DNA of 64,000 nt, taken from Desulfatiglandales bacterium. Its GTDB lineage: Bacteria; Desulfobacterota; DSM-4660; Desulfatiglandales; Desulfatiglandaceae. The notes beneath the pieces are model-generated. The model made no database searches, was not told the DNA's origin, and saw nothing but the letters and a program-made list of their open reading frames with translations. The stretch is from assembly GCA_963662465.1 (NCBI GenBank), contig OY759599.1:1984001-2048000 (forward strand), given 5' to 3'. Position 1 is the first letter of the stretch; each line of letters begins with the position of its first letter. The position numbers and the translations under genes are program-made. Positions 42,262-52,802 of the stretch are shown piece by piece.

Positions 42262-44814
42262 ATGACGGACAAAAAACCATACTTTCCCTTTGTTGTCGAT
42301 TATAAACCGAGATTCCTTCTAAACTGGATTCTTTTCAAACTGTTCAAACGCGTTCGGTACAATGAGAGCATGGCCCAGAAGTTAAAAACAATGCACCGGG
42401 AAGGAACCGTGGTGTACGCCGTCAAATATCGGGGACGACTGGACTATCTTCTCTATCACTACCGTTATCTCACCAGCCGCCTGCCCTACCCTAAAATCGC
42501 CTTTAATCTGAATATGGCCCTTGTCCTTCCCTTGCCCCAGCTCTTCAAGGTCTTCAAATTCTACCTGTCCGGACTTCTCAGAGAAGGCCGTTTCCCGAGT
42601 CCCTTCAAAACGGGCTTTTATGAAAAAGCCATTCAAGAAGGGACCACCTCGCTGGTCTGTCTGGTGGATCCCGTTGGATTTACCCGGCATTTCATCTATG
42701 CTGAAAAGGACCCTCTGACCTTCCTGCTGGAAACCCAGAAAAAGATGACCCGTCCCATCTTTGTGGTTCCCCAGTTGATCCTGTACAAAATGACCCCTGA
42801 AAAGAGCACCCATAGCCTGTTGGACATTCTCTTCGGATTTAAAGACAGAATCGGTTTCCCCCGAAAAATCATCCTCTTTTTCAGACACAACCGTCGCGCA
42901 TTTATCGATTTTGGGGAACCCCTCAACCTGCAACAGGTCCTGGCGGACAAAACCTGCGACCTCCCGCCGGAAGAGATAACGGCACAGGTCAGAAAAACAC
43001 TTCTGGAAAGCATTGATCAGCAAAAACGGGTCATCCTGGGGCCGGTCCTGAAATCCAGGCAGCAATTCAGAGAAACCGTTCTCAGCGACCGGAAAGTTAT
43101 CGAGGCCATCGAGAAAAATGCCTCCGAAAAGGCATCCGGTCTGCAACAGAGCAAGAAAAAGGCGGCGGCCTATTTTAATGAAATCGCCGCGGATTTCAAC
43201 ATTCCCGTCATACAATTTGCATCTATCGTATTGACCTGGGTTTTTAAAAAAATGTTCCAGGGCATCGATTTGAAACCGGAAGAACTGTCCAAAGTCAGGG
43301 AATGGTCCCGAAAAGGACCGGTAATTTATGTCCCTTCACACAAGAGTCATATTGACTATCTCCTTCTCAATTATACGCTCTACGTAAACCACCTGCACAT
43401 TCCAAGAACGGCAGCGGGCAAAAATCTCGCCTTCTGGCCCCTGGGCAATTTTTTCAGGAAAACGGGCGCCTTCTTCATTCGCAGGACTTTCAAGGGCGCC
43501 AAGCTCTATTCAACGGTTTTTTCACGTTACATCAAGGCGCTCCTTCAGGAGAACACCCCTCTGGAGTTCTTTATCGAGGGCGGCAGAAGCCGCAGCGGAA
43601 AACTGATTCTTCCGAAAATCGGCTTCCTCTCCATCCTGGTCGACGCCTACCGGGAACACTATTGCGAAGACCTTGTTTTTGTCCCATTATCCATTGTTTA
43701 TGATCGCATTCTGGAGGAACAGGCCTATCTGAGTGAATTGGGCGGGGGCAAAAAGAAAACGGAAAACCTGCACCAGGTTATGGGCGCCAGACGATTCCTG
43801 AAAAAAAAATATGGAAAAGTCTATATTCGCTTTGGCGACCCCATTTCCTTCAAGCAATATCTGACTGAAAAGCCGCACCGGAACGATAAAAGACATAAAC
43901 ACCTGGCCTTTCACATCATCAGATCCATCAATAAAACGACCCTGGCGACGCCCATGGCCATCATGGCATCCGCTATTCTCGCCAAACACCGCAAAGGCTT
44001 TCAAATGGAAGAGATATTGGAAACCGCCGAGGGATTCCTGGAATTTATAAAAACACGCGGGACGCCCATTGCTGATTCCCTTCAACAGTGTGAAAAGGCC
44101 ATGACGGAAACCCTTGGCGTTCTGTTGAAGAGCCGTGTGCTTGAAGCCATCAAGGATGTGGATGCGTCTGAAATGTTTTACTACGTGAAAGAAGAAAAAA
44201 AGCCGGAATTGGAGTACTATAAAAACAGCATTATACACTGTTTTATCCCCCAGGCCTTTGTGGCCCTTTCCCTGCTGACCGGAAACCGGGAGATCTCTTC
44301 CCGTGAAAAGGTGGCCGTGGATTACGCATTTCTCAAAAAAGTTTTCAGGTATGAATTTATTTTTGACGAAGAAATGGAAACGCCTGAAACAGAAGTCAAT
44401 ACCATTCTGACGGATTTCTTCCGAACCTCACTCTTGGTCAAATCCGATGTCAAAGCCGGCTACAGCCTCACCAGGCCAGGTCTTGAACAAATGACGGTCT
44501 GGGCCAACCTGGCCAAAACATTTATCGAGTCCTACTGGATCGCGGCGCGCGCCATTATCGAACGACAGAAAAACGGTAAAAAACGTTCGGACATGCTGAA
44601 AAGCATGACCTATCTGGGACAGCGCTATCACAGGCTTGGACTCATAGACCACCTTGAGGCGGTTTCACAGATCAATTTCAAAAACGCAATCCGCATGATC
44701 GAAAAAGACTTTTCATTGTCCGCGGGCCAATCTGAAGAAGAACTCCGGGAAGCCCGTGAACGCCTGACCTTGTTCAGCAAGCGATTGCATGAATTTTCAC
44801 AATATCATAAGTAA
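42262..44814 (+). CDS. plsB: Glycerol-3-phosphate O-acyltransferase
   Basis: PSHKSHIDY, GAFFIRR and FFIEGGRSRSG; 850 aa. Confidence 0.88.
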   Translation: MTDKKPYFPFVVDYKPRFLLNWILFKLFKRVRYNESMAQKLKTMHREGTVVYAVKYRGRLDYLLYHYRYLTSRLPYPKIAFNLNMALVLPLPQLFKVFKFYLSGLLREGRFPSPFKTGFYEKAIQEGTTSLVCLVDPVGFTRHFIYAEKDPLTFLLETQKKMTRPIFVVPQLILYKMTPEKSTHSLLDILFGFKDRIGFPRKIILFFRHNRRAFIDFGEPLNLQQVLADKTCDLPPEEITAQVRKTLLESIDQQKRVILGPVLKSRQQFRETVLSDRKVIEAIEKNASEKASGLQQSKKKAAAYFNEIAADFNIPVIQFASIVLTWVFKKMFQGIDLKPEELSKVREWSRKGPVIYVPSHKSHIDYLLLNYTLYVNHLHIPRTAAGKNLAFWPLGNFFRKTGAFFIRRTFKGAKLYSTVFSRYIKALLQENTPLEFFIEGGRSRSGKLILPKIGFLSILVDAYREHYCEDLVFVPLSIVYDRILEEQAYLSELGGGKKKTENLHQVMGARRFLKKKYGKVYIRFGDPISFKQYLTEKPHRNDKRHKHLAFHIIRSINKTTLATPMAIMASAILAKHRKGFQMEEILETAEGFLEFIKTRGTPIADSLQQCEKAMTETLGVLLKSRVLEAIKDVDASEMFYYVKEEKKPELEYYKNSIIHCFIPQAFVALSLLTGNREISSREKVAVDYAFLKKVFRYEFIFDEEMETPETEVNTILTDFFRTSLLVKSDVKAGYSLTRPGLEQMTVWANLAKTFIESYWIAARAIIERQKNGKKRSDMLKSMTYLGQRYHRLGLIDHLEAVSQINFKNAIRMIEKDFSLSAGQSEEELREARERLTLFSKRLHEFSQYHK

Positions 44815-44824
44815 CCCATATACC

Positions 44825-46147
44825 ATGACGACGAACGCAATTCCACAACCGGTCCTATTTTTGATTGAAAAGCTAAAAAATGCCCATCATCAGGCGTTTA
44901 TCGTGGGCGGCGCCGTGCGGGATCTCTGCCTGAACAGATCGATAACCGATTGGGACCTGGCCACCTCGGCGCCGGTTCCGGTGATTCAACGTCTCTTCAA
45001 GGACAATACACAGTTTACCCTGGGACACGGCACGGCAACCATTATGGTTGCGGGACGTTCATATGAGATCACCACATTCAGGGGTGAAACAAATACGTTG
45101 GATGAAGACCTTGCCCTCCGGGATTTGACCATCAACGCCATGGCCCTGGACCCCGGCGCCGGTCAGGTCATTGATCCCTGCCAGGGGTTAAAGGATCTGC
45201 GGGATAAATGGGTTCGCGCCGTGGGAAACCCGAGCGATCGCTTTCGGGAGGACCCTTTAAGACTTCTGAGAGCCGTAAGGGTTGGCGCCCAACTGGATTT
45301 CAAAATCCACCCTAAAACCCTTTCCGCAATTTCCGCCCTGGCGCCCCTGTTGTCCGGGACCGCACCGGAACGCATTCGGGAAGAACTCCTGAAAATCCTC
45401 ATGGTTCCCATCCCATCGCGAGCCTTCAATATCCTGGCGAGAATCGGACTTCTCAAGGAATTTTTACCGGAGCTTCTTGAGGGGCGTCTCAAGCGGCAAA
45501 ACCACTATCATCGCTATACGATCTTCAAACATATCATGGAAACCGTAGATCATGTAACCCCCGACCCTGTTCTACGCATCACCGCCCTCCTTCACGACAT
45601 CGCAAAACCACGGGTCAGAACTAAGGTGGATGGCGTCTGGCGATTCCACGGTCACGAAAAAGAGAGTGCGGTACTGGCCGAAAAAATTATGAACCGATTA
45701 AAATTCAGTAAAGCGCTGACCCGGAAAGTGACCCACCTCATCAAACACCATCTGATCGGGTATAACGCCGACTGGAGCGACGCGGCCGTCCGGAGACTCA
45801 TTAAAAGGGTGGGCACAGGCCCTATCGGGGACCTTCTGACCTTTCGAAAGGCTGACATTTTTGCACACGGAAAGAATAATAAAAACCAGGAACTGCTCTT
45901 TCAGCTGGATACGAGGATTCAGGGGCAACTGCTTTTACACCCTCCTCTTCACGTGACGGACCTGGCCATGAACGGACGGAAAATCATGGCCATTACAGGC
46001 ATTGAACCCGGCCCCGAAGTGGGAAAGATACTGAAAGAATTGAGTCAAAAAGTACTGGAAGATCCCCAATTAAACCAAGCGGAAAAACTTGAGGAAATTC
46101 TGAAAGGATTGAAAATCCAACGACGAAAAATCGATTTCTTCTCTTGA
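44825..46147 (+). CDS. Class II tRNA nucleotidyltransferase with HD domain (probably CC-adding)
   Basis: GGAVRD..DWDLAT, RDLTINAMA, EDPLRLLRA and LLHDIAK. Very short loop between TTFR and EDL. Confidence 0.88.
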   Translation: MTTNAIPQPVLFLIEKLKNAHHQAFIVGGAVRDLCLNRSITDWDLATSAPVPVIQRLFKDNTQFTLGHGTATIMVAGRSYEITTFRGETNTLDEDLALRDLTINAMALDPGAGQVIDPCQGLKDLRDKWVRAVGNPSDRFREDPLRLLRAVRVGAQLDFKIHPKTLSAISALAPLLSGTAPERIREELLKILMVPIPSRAFNILARIGLLKEFLPELLEGRLKRQNHYHRYTIFKHIMETVDHVTPDPVLRITALLHDIAKPRVRTKVDGVWRFHGHEKESAVLAEKIMNRLKFSKALTRKVTHLIKHHLIGYNADWSDAAVRRLIKRVGTGPIGDLLTFRKADIFAHGKNNKNQELLFQLDTRIQGQLLLHPPLHVTDLAMNGRKIMAITGIEPGPEVGKILKELSQKVLEDPQLNQAEKLEEILKGLKIQRRKIDFFS

Positions 46148-46225
46148 CCATCCACAGCGCATTCTTTATACTCCGATTTGTTAACACTAAACAACACGCT
46201 ATCCTTTTCAAGCTAATGGAGAAAA

Positions 46226-48148
46226 ATGCGATTTAATTCAAAAAAAATCAATATCTGGCTATGGACGATTTTTTCTTCGATCCTGTTGTTTGGAGGTTGC
46301 ACCACCGATAGCCTTCAACAAAAAACCGCATCCAACCCTTTGTCAGGCAATGCCCCTTCCGCCGGGATGACCCTCCCAAACCCATCCGCCGCGCATGAAC
46401 CGGCCGCGAGTCAGCCGGCCGTTTACGGCAGCCCGGAAGATACCGCTCGTCATTTTCCGGAAATGGACGCCAGGAATGAAGCGCCTATTCCCAATGAAAA
46501 CGGCGAGAACATAAGGTCATTTCCCAATTCAAACACAGAGCAGAAGTCCGACCAGGAACTGCTGGATTCAGCAATGGAATTCTGTAATGCTTCCAATGAT
46601 TTCTGGGAGGAGGGAGACCTTGAAAATGCCATCGATGCCTTAGACCAGTCCTATACCATTATATTGAAAATAGACCCCAACAAATCTTCGGAAATGGTAC
46701 AACAGATAGATGATTTGCGGTTCACCATTTCCCAGCGAATCCTGCAAATCTATTCATCCCGGTTTACCGTGGTCAACGGCTATCACAAGGCCATTCCCCT
46801 AGACATGAATCCCCATGTGGAAAAGGCTCTGAATATGTATAAGGGGCGTTACAGGGATGCCTTTTTGGCCGCCTACCGTCGATCCGGACAATACCGCCCC
46901 TTTATTGTGAAACGCCTTAAAGAAGCCGGTCTTCCCGAAGAACTTTCCTGGTTGCCCCTCATTGAAAGCGGCTTTAAAGTCAGAGCGCTTTCACGGGCGC
47001 GGGCACTGGGGATGTGGCAATTTATCGCCTCCACCGGTTACAAATATGGTCTGAATCGGGGCCGCTGGGTCGATGAAAGAATGGACCCGGAAAAATCCAC
47101 CGAAGCTGCCATCGGCTATCTGAAAGAACTGCATCAGATTTTCGGCGACTGGGAAACGGTCCTTGCCGCTTACAACTGCGGGGAAGGTCGGGTACTCAGG
47201 ATTATTAACTCACAAAAAATCAACTATCTGGACCATTTTTGGGATCTTTACGCAAGGCTTCCCTCCGAGACGGCTTTTTATGTACCCAAGTTCCTTGCAG
47301 TGCTGCACATCATCAATGATCCAAAAGCACACGGTTTTGTACTTCCACCCGTGGACATGCCTCAACAGGAAACGGAAATCGTCACCATCGATAAACAAAT
47401 CTCCCTCAAATCCATAGCGGAGGGCGTTGTCGTTTCAACTGAAGTTTTGCACCAGCTGAATCCATCTCTCAAACGCCGCACGACCCCTCCCCGCCCCTAC
47501 GATTTGAGGGTTCCCAAAGGCAAAGGGGAAATGCTTCTGGCCAATCTGAATCAGATGCCGGAGTGGTGTCCTCCGCCGGTTCAGACCGCATATACGGACA
47601 GCACACTTAAACATAGAGTCAAAAAAGGTGAAACGCTCTCAACCATCGGTCGCAGATACGGCGCCGGCGTGAAGTCGATCATGCGTGCCAACCATTTGAA
47701 AAGCAGTCGATACCTCAAAGTGGGATGGACCCTCAAAATTCCCGTCAAGAAAAGACATGCTTCCACCCGGAAACCGACGGCAACAACCATTTCGCCAAAA
47801 AATGGCAATCCGGCAACATGCCCACCCGTCCCCCGCACTTATGCGGTTCAGAAGGGGGATTCACTTTGGAATATCGCCAACCGCTTCAAGACTACCACCA
47901 AGGCTATCCAAACCGCAAACCGGATGTCCTCCCCCGCCTTGAATATCGGTCAGGTCCTTAAAATCCCCGGCGCTTCTACCACCAGCGGCAGCGTCAAAAC
48001 AGATCCCTACAGGGTCTTGAAAGGGGATTCCCCCTATATCATCGCTCAAAAACACCAGATGGATCTCTCTATCCTGCTGCGATTGAACCAGCTAACACCG
48101 AGAAGCACCATTTTCCCCGGACAGACACTTCTGGTTCAGGCGAAATAA
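46226..48148 (+). CDS. mltD: Membrane-bound lytic murein transglycosylase D-like lipoprotein with LysM repeats
   Basis: Lipobox LFGGC, IESG, GMWQF, AAYNCG and three clear C-terminal LysM domains. Confidence 0.9.
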   Translation: MRFNSKKINIWLWTIFSSILLFGGCTTDSLQQKTASNPLSGNAPSAGMTLPNPSAAHEPAASQPAVYGSPEDTARHFPEMDARNEAPIPNENGENIRSFPNSNTEQKSDQELLDSAMEFCNASNDFWEEGDLENAIDALDQSYTIILKIDPNKSSEMVQQIDDLRFTISQRILQIYSSRFTVVNGYHKAIPLDMNPHVEKALNMYKGRYRDAFLAAYRRSGQYRPFIVKRLKEAGLPEELSWLPLIESGFKVRALSRARALGMWQFIASTGYKYGLNRGRWVDERMDPEKSTEAAIGYLKELHQIFGDWETVLAAYNCGEGRVLRIINSQKINYLDHFWDLYARLPSETAFYVPKFLAVLHIINDPKAHGFVLPPVDMPQQETEIVTIDKQISLKSIAEGVVVSTEVLHQLNPSLKRRTTPPRPYDLRVPKGKGEMLLANLNQMPEWCPPPVQTAYTDSTLKHRVKKGETLSTIGRRYGAGVKSIMRANHLKSSRYLKVGWTLKIPVKKRHASTRKPTATTISPKNGNPATCPPVPRTYAVQKGDSLWNIANRFKTTTKAIQTANRMSSPALNIGQVLKIPGASTTSGSVKTDPYRVLKGDSPYIIAQKHQMDLSILLRLNQLTPRSTIFPGQTLLVQAK

Positions 48149-49407
48149 AGACCTTTCCACAGATCCCAGAACTCGGGGAAAGACTTGTTAACGCAGGCGC
48201 GATTCCGAATGCGGACGCCCGGAACTCTTAACCCCACCACCGCCAGGCTCATGGCCAGGCGATGATCGTCATGGGGGTCTACCTCGGCGTCGCAAAGCCT
48301 TTCACCGCCATGGACGACGAGATAATCCTCGAACTCTTCCACCCTGCCCCCCAATTTTCGCCACTCCCGGGTCACGGCATCCAATCTGTCGCTTTCCTTG
48401 AAACGGAGATGCCCCACATTTCGAATGGTGGTATTACCTTCGGCAAAAAGAGCCACTGCCGCCAGGGTAGGCACCATGTCCGGCATGCCCCCCATATCCA
48501 CATCAAGCCCTTTTAAGGAACCACCCGTAACCGATACCCGGTCCGGTTCCTTAACCACGGTGCATCCCATGGCCTCAAGGACCTCCAGCAATCGGATGTC
48601 CCCCTGCCGACCCTCGGGATGGATATTTCCGGTGGTCACCGTTCTCCCGGTAATGGCCGCGGCTGCCCAGAAGTAGGATGCGGACGATACGTCCCCTTGA
48701 ACCGTGTAGTCTCTCGACACATAGCTTTGTCCGGCGGGAACCCTGAATTTAGCGTAACCTTCCCGTTCCACCCTGACGCCGAAGGCCGCCATCACATCGA
48801 TGGTCACATCCACATAGGGCCGGGACACCAGCACCCCCTCTACCCTAATCTCCACATCTTTCCGGGCGTAAGGCCCTGACAGCAACAACGCCGAAAGAAA
48901 CTGACTGCTGGCATCCCCCGGCAAAACCACCGCACCCCCTGAAATGCCATCTGAAGCGATGCGAATGGGCGGGCAACCATTGTTTTCCATGCAGGAAACA
49001 TCGGCGCCCAGTTGACGGAGGGCATCCACCAGCGGCCCCATGGGCCGCTCCCGCATACGGGGGGTTCCGGTCATGAGATATGTTCCCTTTGCCAGGGCCA
49101 GAACGGGCACCAGAAGCCTAAAAGAAGTTCCGGAATTACCTAAATAAACCGCTTTTTCCCAAGGCTGGAAACTGACCTTTTCACCAATCCCCTCCATGAC
49201 CAAATGATTGCCATTGCGCTTCATTTGAACGCCCATGGCCTTCAAAGCCCGGGCCGTGTGACGGGTGTCATCGCATTGCAGATCATTTTTAAGGATGGTT
49301 TTTCCACCGGCCAGACCTCCGGCAATGAGCGCCCGATGGGTGATGCTTTTTGATCCTGGAATGGTCACTACATCATCATCCCCTGAAAAAATTTTTATTG
49401 TGTTCAT
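48136..49407 (-). CDS. aroA: 3-phosphoshikimate 1-carboxyvinyltransferase
   Basis: PGSKSITHR, GNSGTSFR, SSQF, RFKESDR and DHR. Confidence 0.96.
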   Translation of the reverse strand: MNTIKIFSGDDDVVTIPGSKSITHRALIAGGLAGGKTILKNDLQCDDTRHTARALKAMGVQMKRNGNHLVMEGIGEKVSFQPWEKAVYLGNSGTSFRLLVPVLALAKGTYLMTGTPRMRERPMGPLVDALRQLGADVSCMENNGCPPIRIASDGISGGAVVLPGDASSQFLSALLLSGPYARKDVEIRVEGVLVSRPYVDVTIDVMAAFGVRVEREGYAKFRVPAGQSYVSRDYTVQGDVSSASYFWAAAAITGRTVTTGNIHPEGRQGDIRLLEVLEAMGCTVVKEPDRVSVTGGSLKGLDVDMGGMPDMVPTLAAVALFAEGNTTIRNVGHLRFKESDRLDAVTREWRKLGGRVEEFEDYLVVHGGERLCDAEVDPHDDHRLAMSLAVVGLRVPGVRIRNRACVNKSFPEFWDLWKGLYFA

Positions 49408-49425
49408 TTCCGCTCCAGTTGTTTT

Positions 49426-50232
49426 TCAAAGGTACATTTTGACCGCGGCCCGCATGACATCCACGGGGGGATTCAAGTCGGTCCACAAGCGAAACTGTTC
49501 CGCCCCCTGATGGATAAACATTTCCAGTCCGTTGATGACGGTGCATCCGCGAGCGCGGGCGTTTTTCAGCAGGCGGGTTTCAAGGGGATTATAAATGGCA
49601 TCCATTACCACCATTGTCTCCTGAAACACATGGTCCGGCACAGGGGAGGCATTGGTATGGGGAAACATGCCCACCGGCGTTGTCTGAATCAATACATTCG
49701 CCGGTATCTCATGGATTCTCTCCAGGGGAATAAAAGGACATACCAAAAAATCCGCAAGGATCCGACCGCGATCCTCGGACCGGTTGGCAACCACCAGTTT
49801 CATCCCCCTTTCCCGGGCCATAAACCCGATGCCCCGGGCCGCGCCGCCGGCGCCCACCAGAACGCACCGTTTTCCCGCGAGATCGATTTTCGCTTCGAGA
49901 GCCTTCATGGCCCCCAGACCATCGGTATTGTATCCTTTCAACCGGCCTTCCACATTCACAATGGTGTTGACGGCGCCGATTTGTTCCGCTAGTGGGTCCA
50001 GCTCATCCAGATATTGAATGACCGACGTCTTGAAGGGAATGGTGACGCTCATGCCCTTGATGCCCAGTGCCCGCATACCGCGAATGCTCCCCTCGGGATC
50101 CGATGATTCAAAGGCCCCATAGAGCGCGTTAACCCCCGAAGCCTTGAATGCCGCGTTGTGCATAACCGGGCTGAGGGAATGGCCAATAGGATTTCCCAGC
50201 ACCCCGTAAATTTTCGCAAGCCGGATTTTCAT
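49426..50232 (-). CDS. aroE: Shikimate dehydrogenase
   Basis: HSLSP, VTIPFK, AVNT, NTDG and GAGGAAR. ATGA overlap with the aroD stop. Confidence 0.95.
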   Translation of the reverse strand: MKIRLAKIYGVLGNPIGHSLSPVMHNAAFKASGVNALYGAFESSDPEGSIRGMRALGIKGMSVTIPFKTSVIQYLDELDPLAEQIGAVNTIVNVEGRLKGYNTDGLGAMKALEAKIDLAGKRCVLVGAGGAARGIGFMARERGMKLVVANRSEDRGRILADFLVCPFIPLERIHEIPANVLIQTTPVGMFPHTNASPVPDHVFQETMVVMDAIYNPLETRLLKNARARGCTVINGLEMFIHQGAEQFRLWTDLNPPVDVMRAAVKMYL

Positions 50233-50897
50233 TGGGAAAAAACCTCCAGTATCATCTTCATCTCTTTCACCGTCATCTGGCCGGAAGCGGACTTCTGTTC
50301 TCTTGTGAGGGAAGCAAAGGTGAAAGCCCCACCCAGAAGAGGGCAGACGACCCGGCTGATGCGGCCCAGGGGACCCATGCACAGAGCAACAATCTCAACG
50401 CCCATCTTTTCAGCCAAAGGGATCAATCCCAACACGGTCAGGTTATCCGCCGGGGTCCGGGCGTGGGTAACGATCTTCACCACATCCGCTCCCGTATCGG
50501 CCATTTTTCGGAACAAATCAGACAGTGTCTCCTTTGAAGGGGTTCCATCGGGAAAGTGTTTTGACAGGATCAGCCTGGAATGATTCCGTTCCTCAAATAA
50601 CAGCCGTCGATGTTCCAGGGGAATGGCATATTCAATATCCACAAAATCCGCTCCCACTCTTACGGCTTCCCTGAGATAAGCCACGCAGGCGCCATGGGGA
50701 ACACAACCGCCCCCCCCCTCTTTTTTGGATCGATAGGTCATGATCACCGGTTTGGAAGCTGCCGTTATGATCTTATCCAAATTAAAGGCTTCCATAACAT
50801 CCAACCGGACTTCCATGAGGTCGCCGGAAATTGACGCTTCCGCCATTTTCCGAAGCGCATCGGACGTATCCCGGGCCATAATGGGGATACAAATCAT
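50229..50897 (-). CDS. aroD: Type I 3-dehydroquinate dehydratase
   Basis: EVRLD, TYR..EGG, SKH, VVKIV, MG..G.ISR and SASGQ. Confidence 0.92.
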   Translation of the reverse strand: MICIPIMARDTSDALRKMAEASISGDLMEVRLDVMEAFNLDKIITAASKPVIMTYRSKKEGGGGCVPHGACVAYLREAVRVGADFVDIEYAIPLEHRRLLFEERNHSRLILSKHFPDGTPSKETLSDLFRKMADTGADVVKIVTHARTPADNLTVLGLIPLAEKMGVEIVALCMGPLGRISRVVCPLLGGAFTFASLTREQKSASGQMTVKEMKMILEVFSQ

Positions 50898-52780
50898 GAT
50901 ATTACCTGAACGGAATCTTTTAATTCGTGAGAAAGGCGTTTCGAAAAGGACACATGAAAAGTGATGCCCCTTTCGGCGTCGGGACTCACCCATACACTGC
51001 CCTGATGCCGCTGTGCAATCTCTTTGACGATAGCCAACCCCAACCCTGTTCCCTGAATACCCTCGGCGTCCTTTCGACGCATGAACAGACCAAAAATTTT
51101 CTTGGCGTCTTCCGACCCTACCCCGATACCATTGTCCCTGACGGAAAGGATATGGTGTTCGTCCGTTTCTTCATATCCAATGTTAATTTCACTTAAGCCC
51201 TTCCCACCGTATTTTAAGGCATTATCCACGAGATTTCTGAACATCCGGACCAGACTTACCCTGTCCCCATGAATAAGGGGTACGCGTTTGGGTTCGCGCC
51301 AGCTTATCTTCCGCCGACCCAAAACATCGGAAAACTCCCGGCGGATACTCTGAAGAACCATTTTCACGTCGATGGGTTGAATGTTTAAAGGGGATTCCTT
51401 GGCCGAGATGTAAACATTGATATCGTCGAGGAGCGCCACCATCTGCTCGCAGGCCCCAGCAATATATCGGCAGTACCGTCGGCCTCTTTCATCGAGTACA
51501 TCCCCATAGTTTTCCTGAAGCCGTTTGGCAAAGCCGTAACTGCTGATGGCCGGGCTTTTAAGGTCGTGAGAGATCGAATAAGCAAACAGTTTGATTTTTT
51601 CCGAACTTTCGTTCACAGCCTCCTCCATCTGCTTGCGGTCCGTAATATCAAGAATCAGGGCTTGCTTGGACAGGGTCCCATCCTCATGATAAATGGGCGT
51701 GTTGACGATATAGTACCAGCGGGAATCCTTGGGACTCAGGACTTCCCACCGAACGGTCTCTCCCTTAAAAACGCGATCGTTGACGCACCAGGGGCATATG
51801 GTATCCAAATCATGAAGGGCCTTGTAACACAATTCTCCCGTTGCATCGCGACCGGTTCTCTCCATCAGACGCCGGTTCATGAATTCCACCCGGTAATCCT
51901 GGGAGCAAATATAGATGAGTCCGTCAAAAGCCTCCACCATGGCCCGATAATGGGCCTCCCGCTCCCGCAGGGCCTTCTCTGCCCTGTTTTGCTGAGTAAC
52001 ATCTCGAATAATGCCCTGATACCCTGAAATGCCGCTATGGCCATCCTCCCCCGCCGTTGCCGTCAGCAGGCACTGCATTTCGACGCCGTCTTTCTTTCGT
52101 AACGCAATTTCATAGTCTTTAACGGAATGAGTCCTCTCCATCCGTTCCAGAAGCAACTCCCGATCCCCGGGGTCAACATACATCTCCCGCACATTGACCT
52201 TGCCGACCATCTCGTCTTTGGTATACCCAAAAAGCGTTAACATGGCCGGGTTTGCATCCAGGCATTCGCCTTCGCGGCTTGTGATATAAATGGCATCTCC
52301 GGAATCGTTAAAAAGCCGGCGGTATCTCCCTTCACTTTTCAACAATGCATGTTCCGTCCGTTTCTGCGCGGTCACATCTTTTGCAACCCCTTGAATGGCA
52401 TAAGGTTGTTTTCCATTCCGGTAAATGACGGCGGCATCGGTCTCCACATCCACATACTGCCCGTCTTTTCTCCTCAGCCGGTATGTGGAAAGCTTGGATG
52501 AACCCGTTTCCAGAAGGTGTTCCACGGCCTTAAAGGCACAAGGAAGTTGATCTTCGCTCAACAGGGCTGTGAAATTCAAGGAGCTGAGCTCATCCCTTTG
52601 ATATCCCAACAGTTTCAAGGCTGCATCATTGGCGTCCAGAAACCAGCCTTCCAGGTCATGAAGATATACGCAATAGGTGGAACGATTAAAAAGAGCTGCA
52701 TACCGTGCTTCTATATCATGGATTCCACTTTCCATTCGTTTGCGCTCCAATTTAGGATCTATTTTGTTAGCTGTCGGCAA
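50894..52780 (-). CDS. Cytoplasmic multi-PAS sensor histidine kinase
   Basis: Three PAS/PAC domains, SISHDLKSP, NLVDNALKY, DNGIG and GTGLGL. No TM helix. Confidence 0.92.
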   Translation of the reverse strand: MPTANKIDPKLERKRMESGIHDIEARYAALFNRSTYCVYLHDLEGWFLDANDAALKLLGYQRDELSSLNFTALLSEDQLPCAFKAVEHLLETGSSKLSTYRLRRKDGQYVDVETDAAVIYRNGKQPYAIQGVAKDVTAQKRTEHALLKSEGRYRRLFNDSGDAIYITSREGECLDANPAMLTLFGYTKDEMVGKVNVREMYVDPGDRELLLERMERTHSVKDYEIALRKKDGVEMQCLLTATAGEDGHSGISGYQGIIRDVTQQNRAEKALREREAHYRAMVEAFDGLIYICSQDYRVEFMNRRLMERTGRDATGELCYKALHDLDTICPWCVNDRVFKGETVRWEVLSPKDSRWYYIVNTPIYHEDGTLSKQALILDITDRKQMEEAVNESSEKIKLFAYSISHDLKSPAISSYGFAKRLQENYGDVLDERGRRYCRYIAGACEQMVALLDDINVYISAKESPLNIQPIDVKMVLQSIRREFSDVLGRRKISWREPKRVPLIHGDRVSLVRMFRNLVDNALKYGGKGLSEINIGYEETDEHHILSVRDNGIGVGSEDAKKIFGLFMRRKDAEGIQGTGLGLAIVKEIAQRHQGSVWVSPDAERGITFHVSFSKRLSHELKDSVQVIS

Positions 52781-52802
52781 TGCGCCTTACGCTGCTTGAT
52801 CT

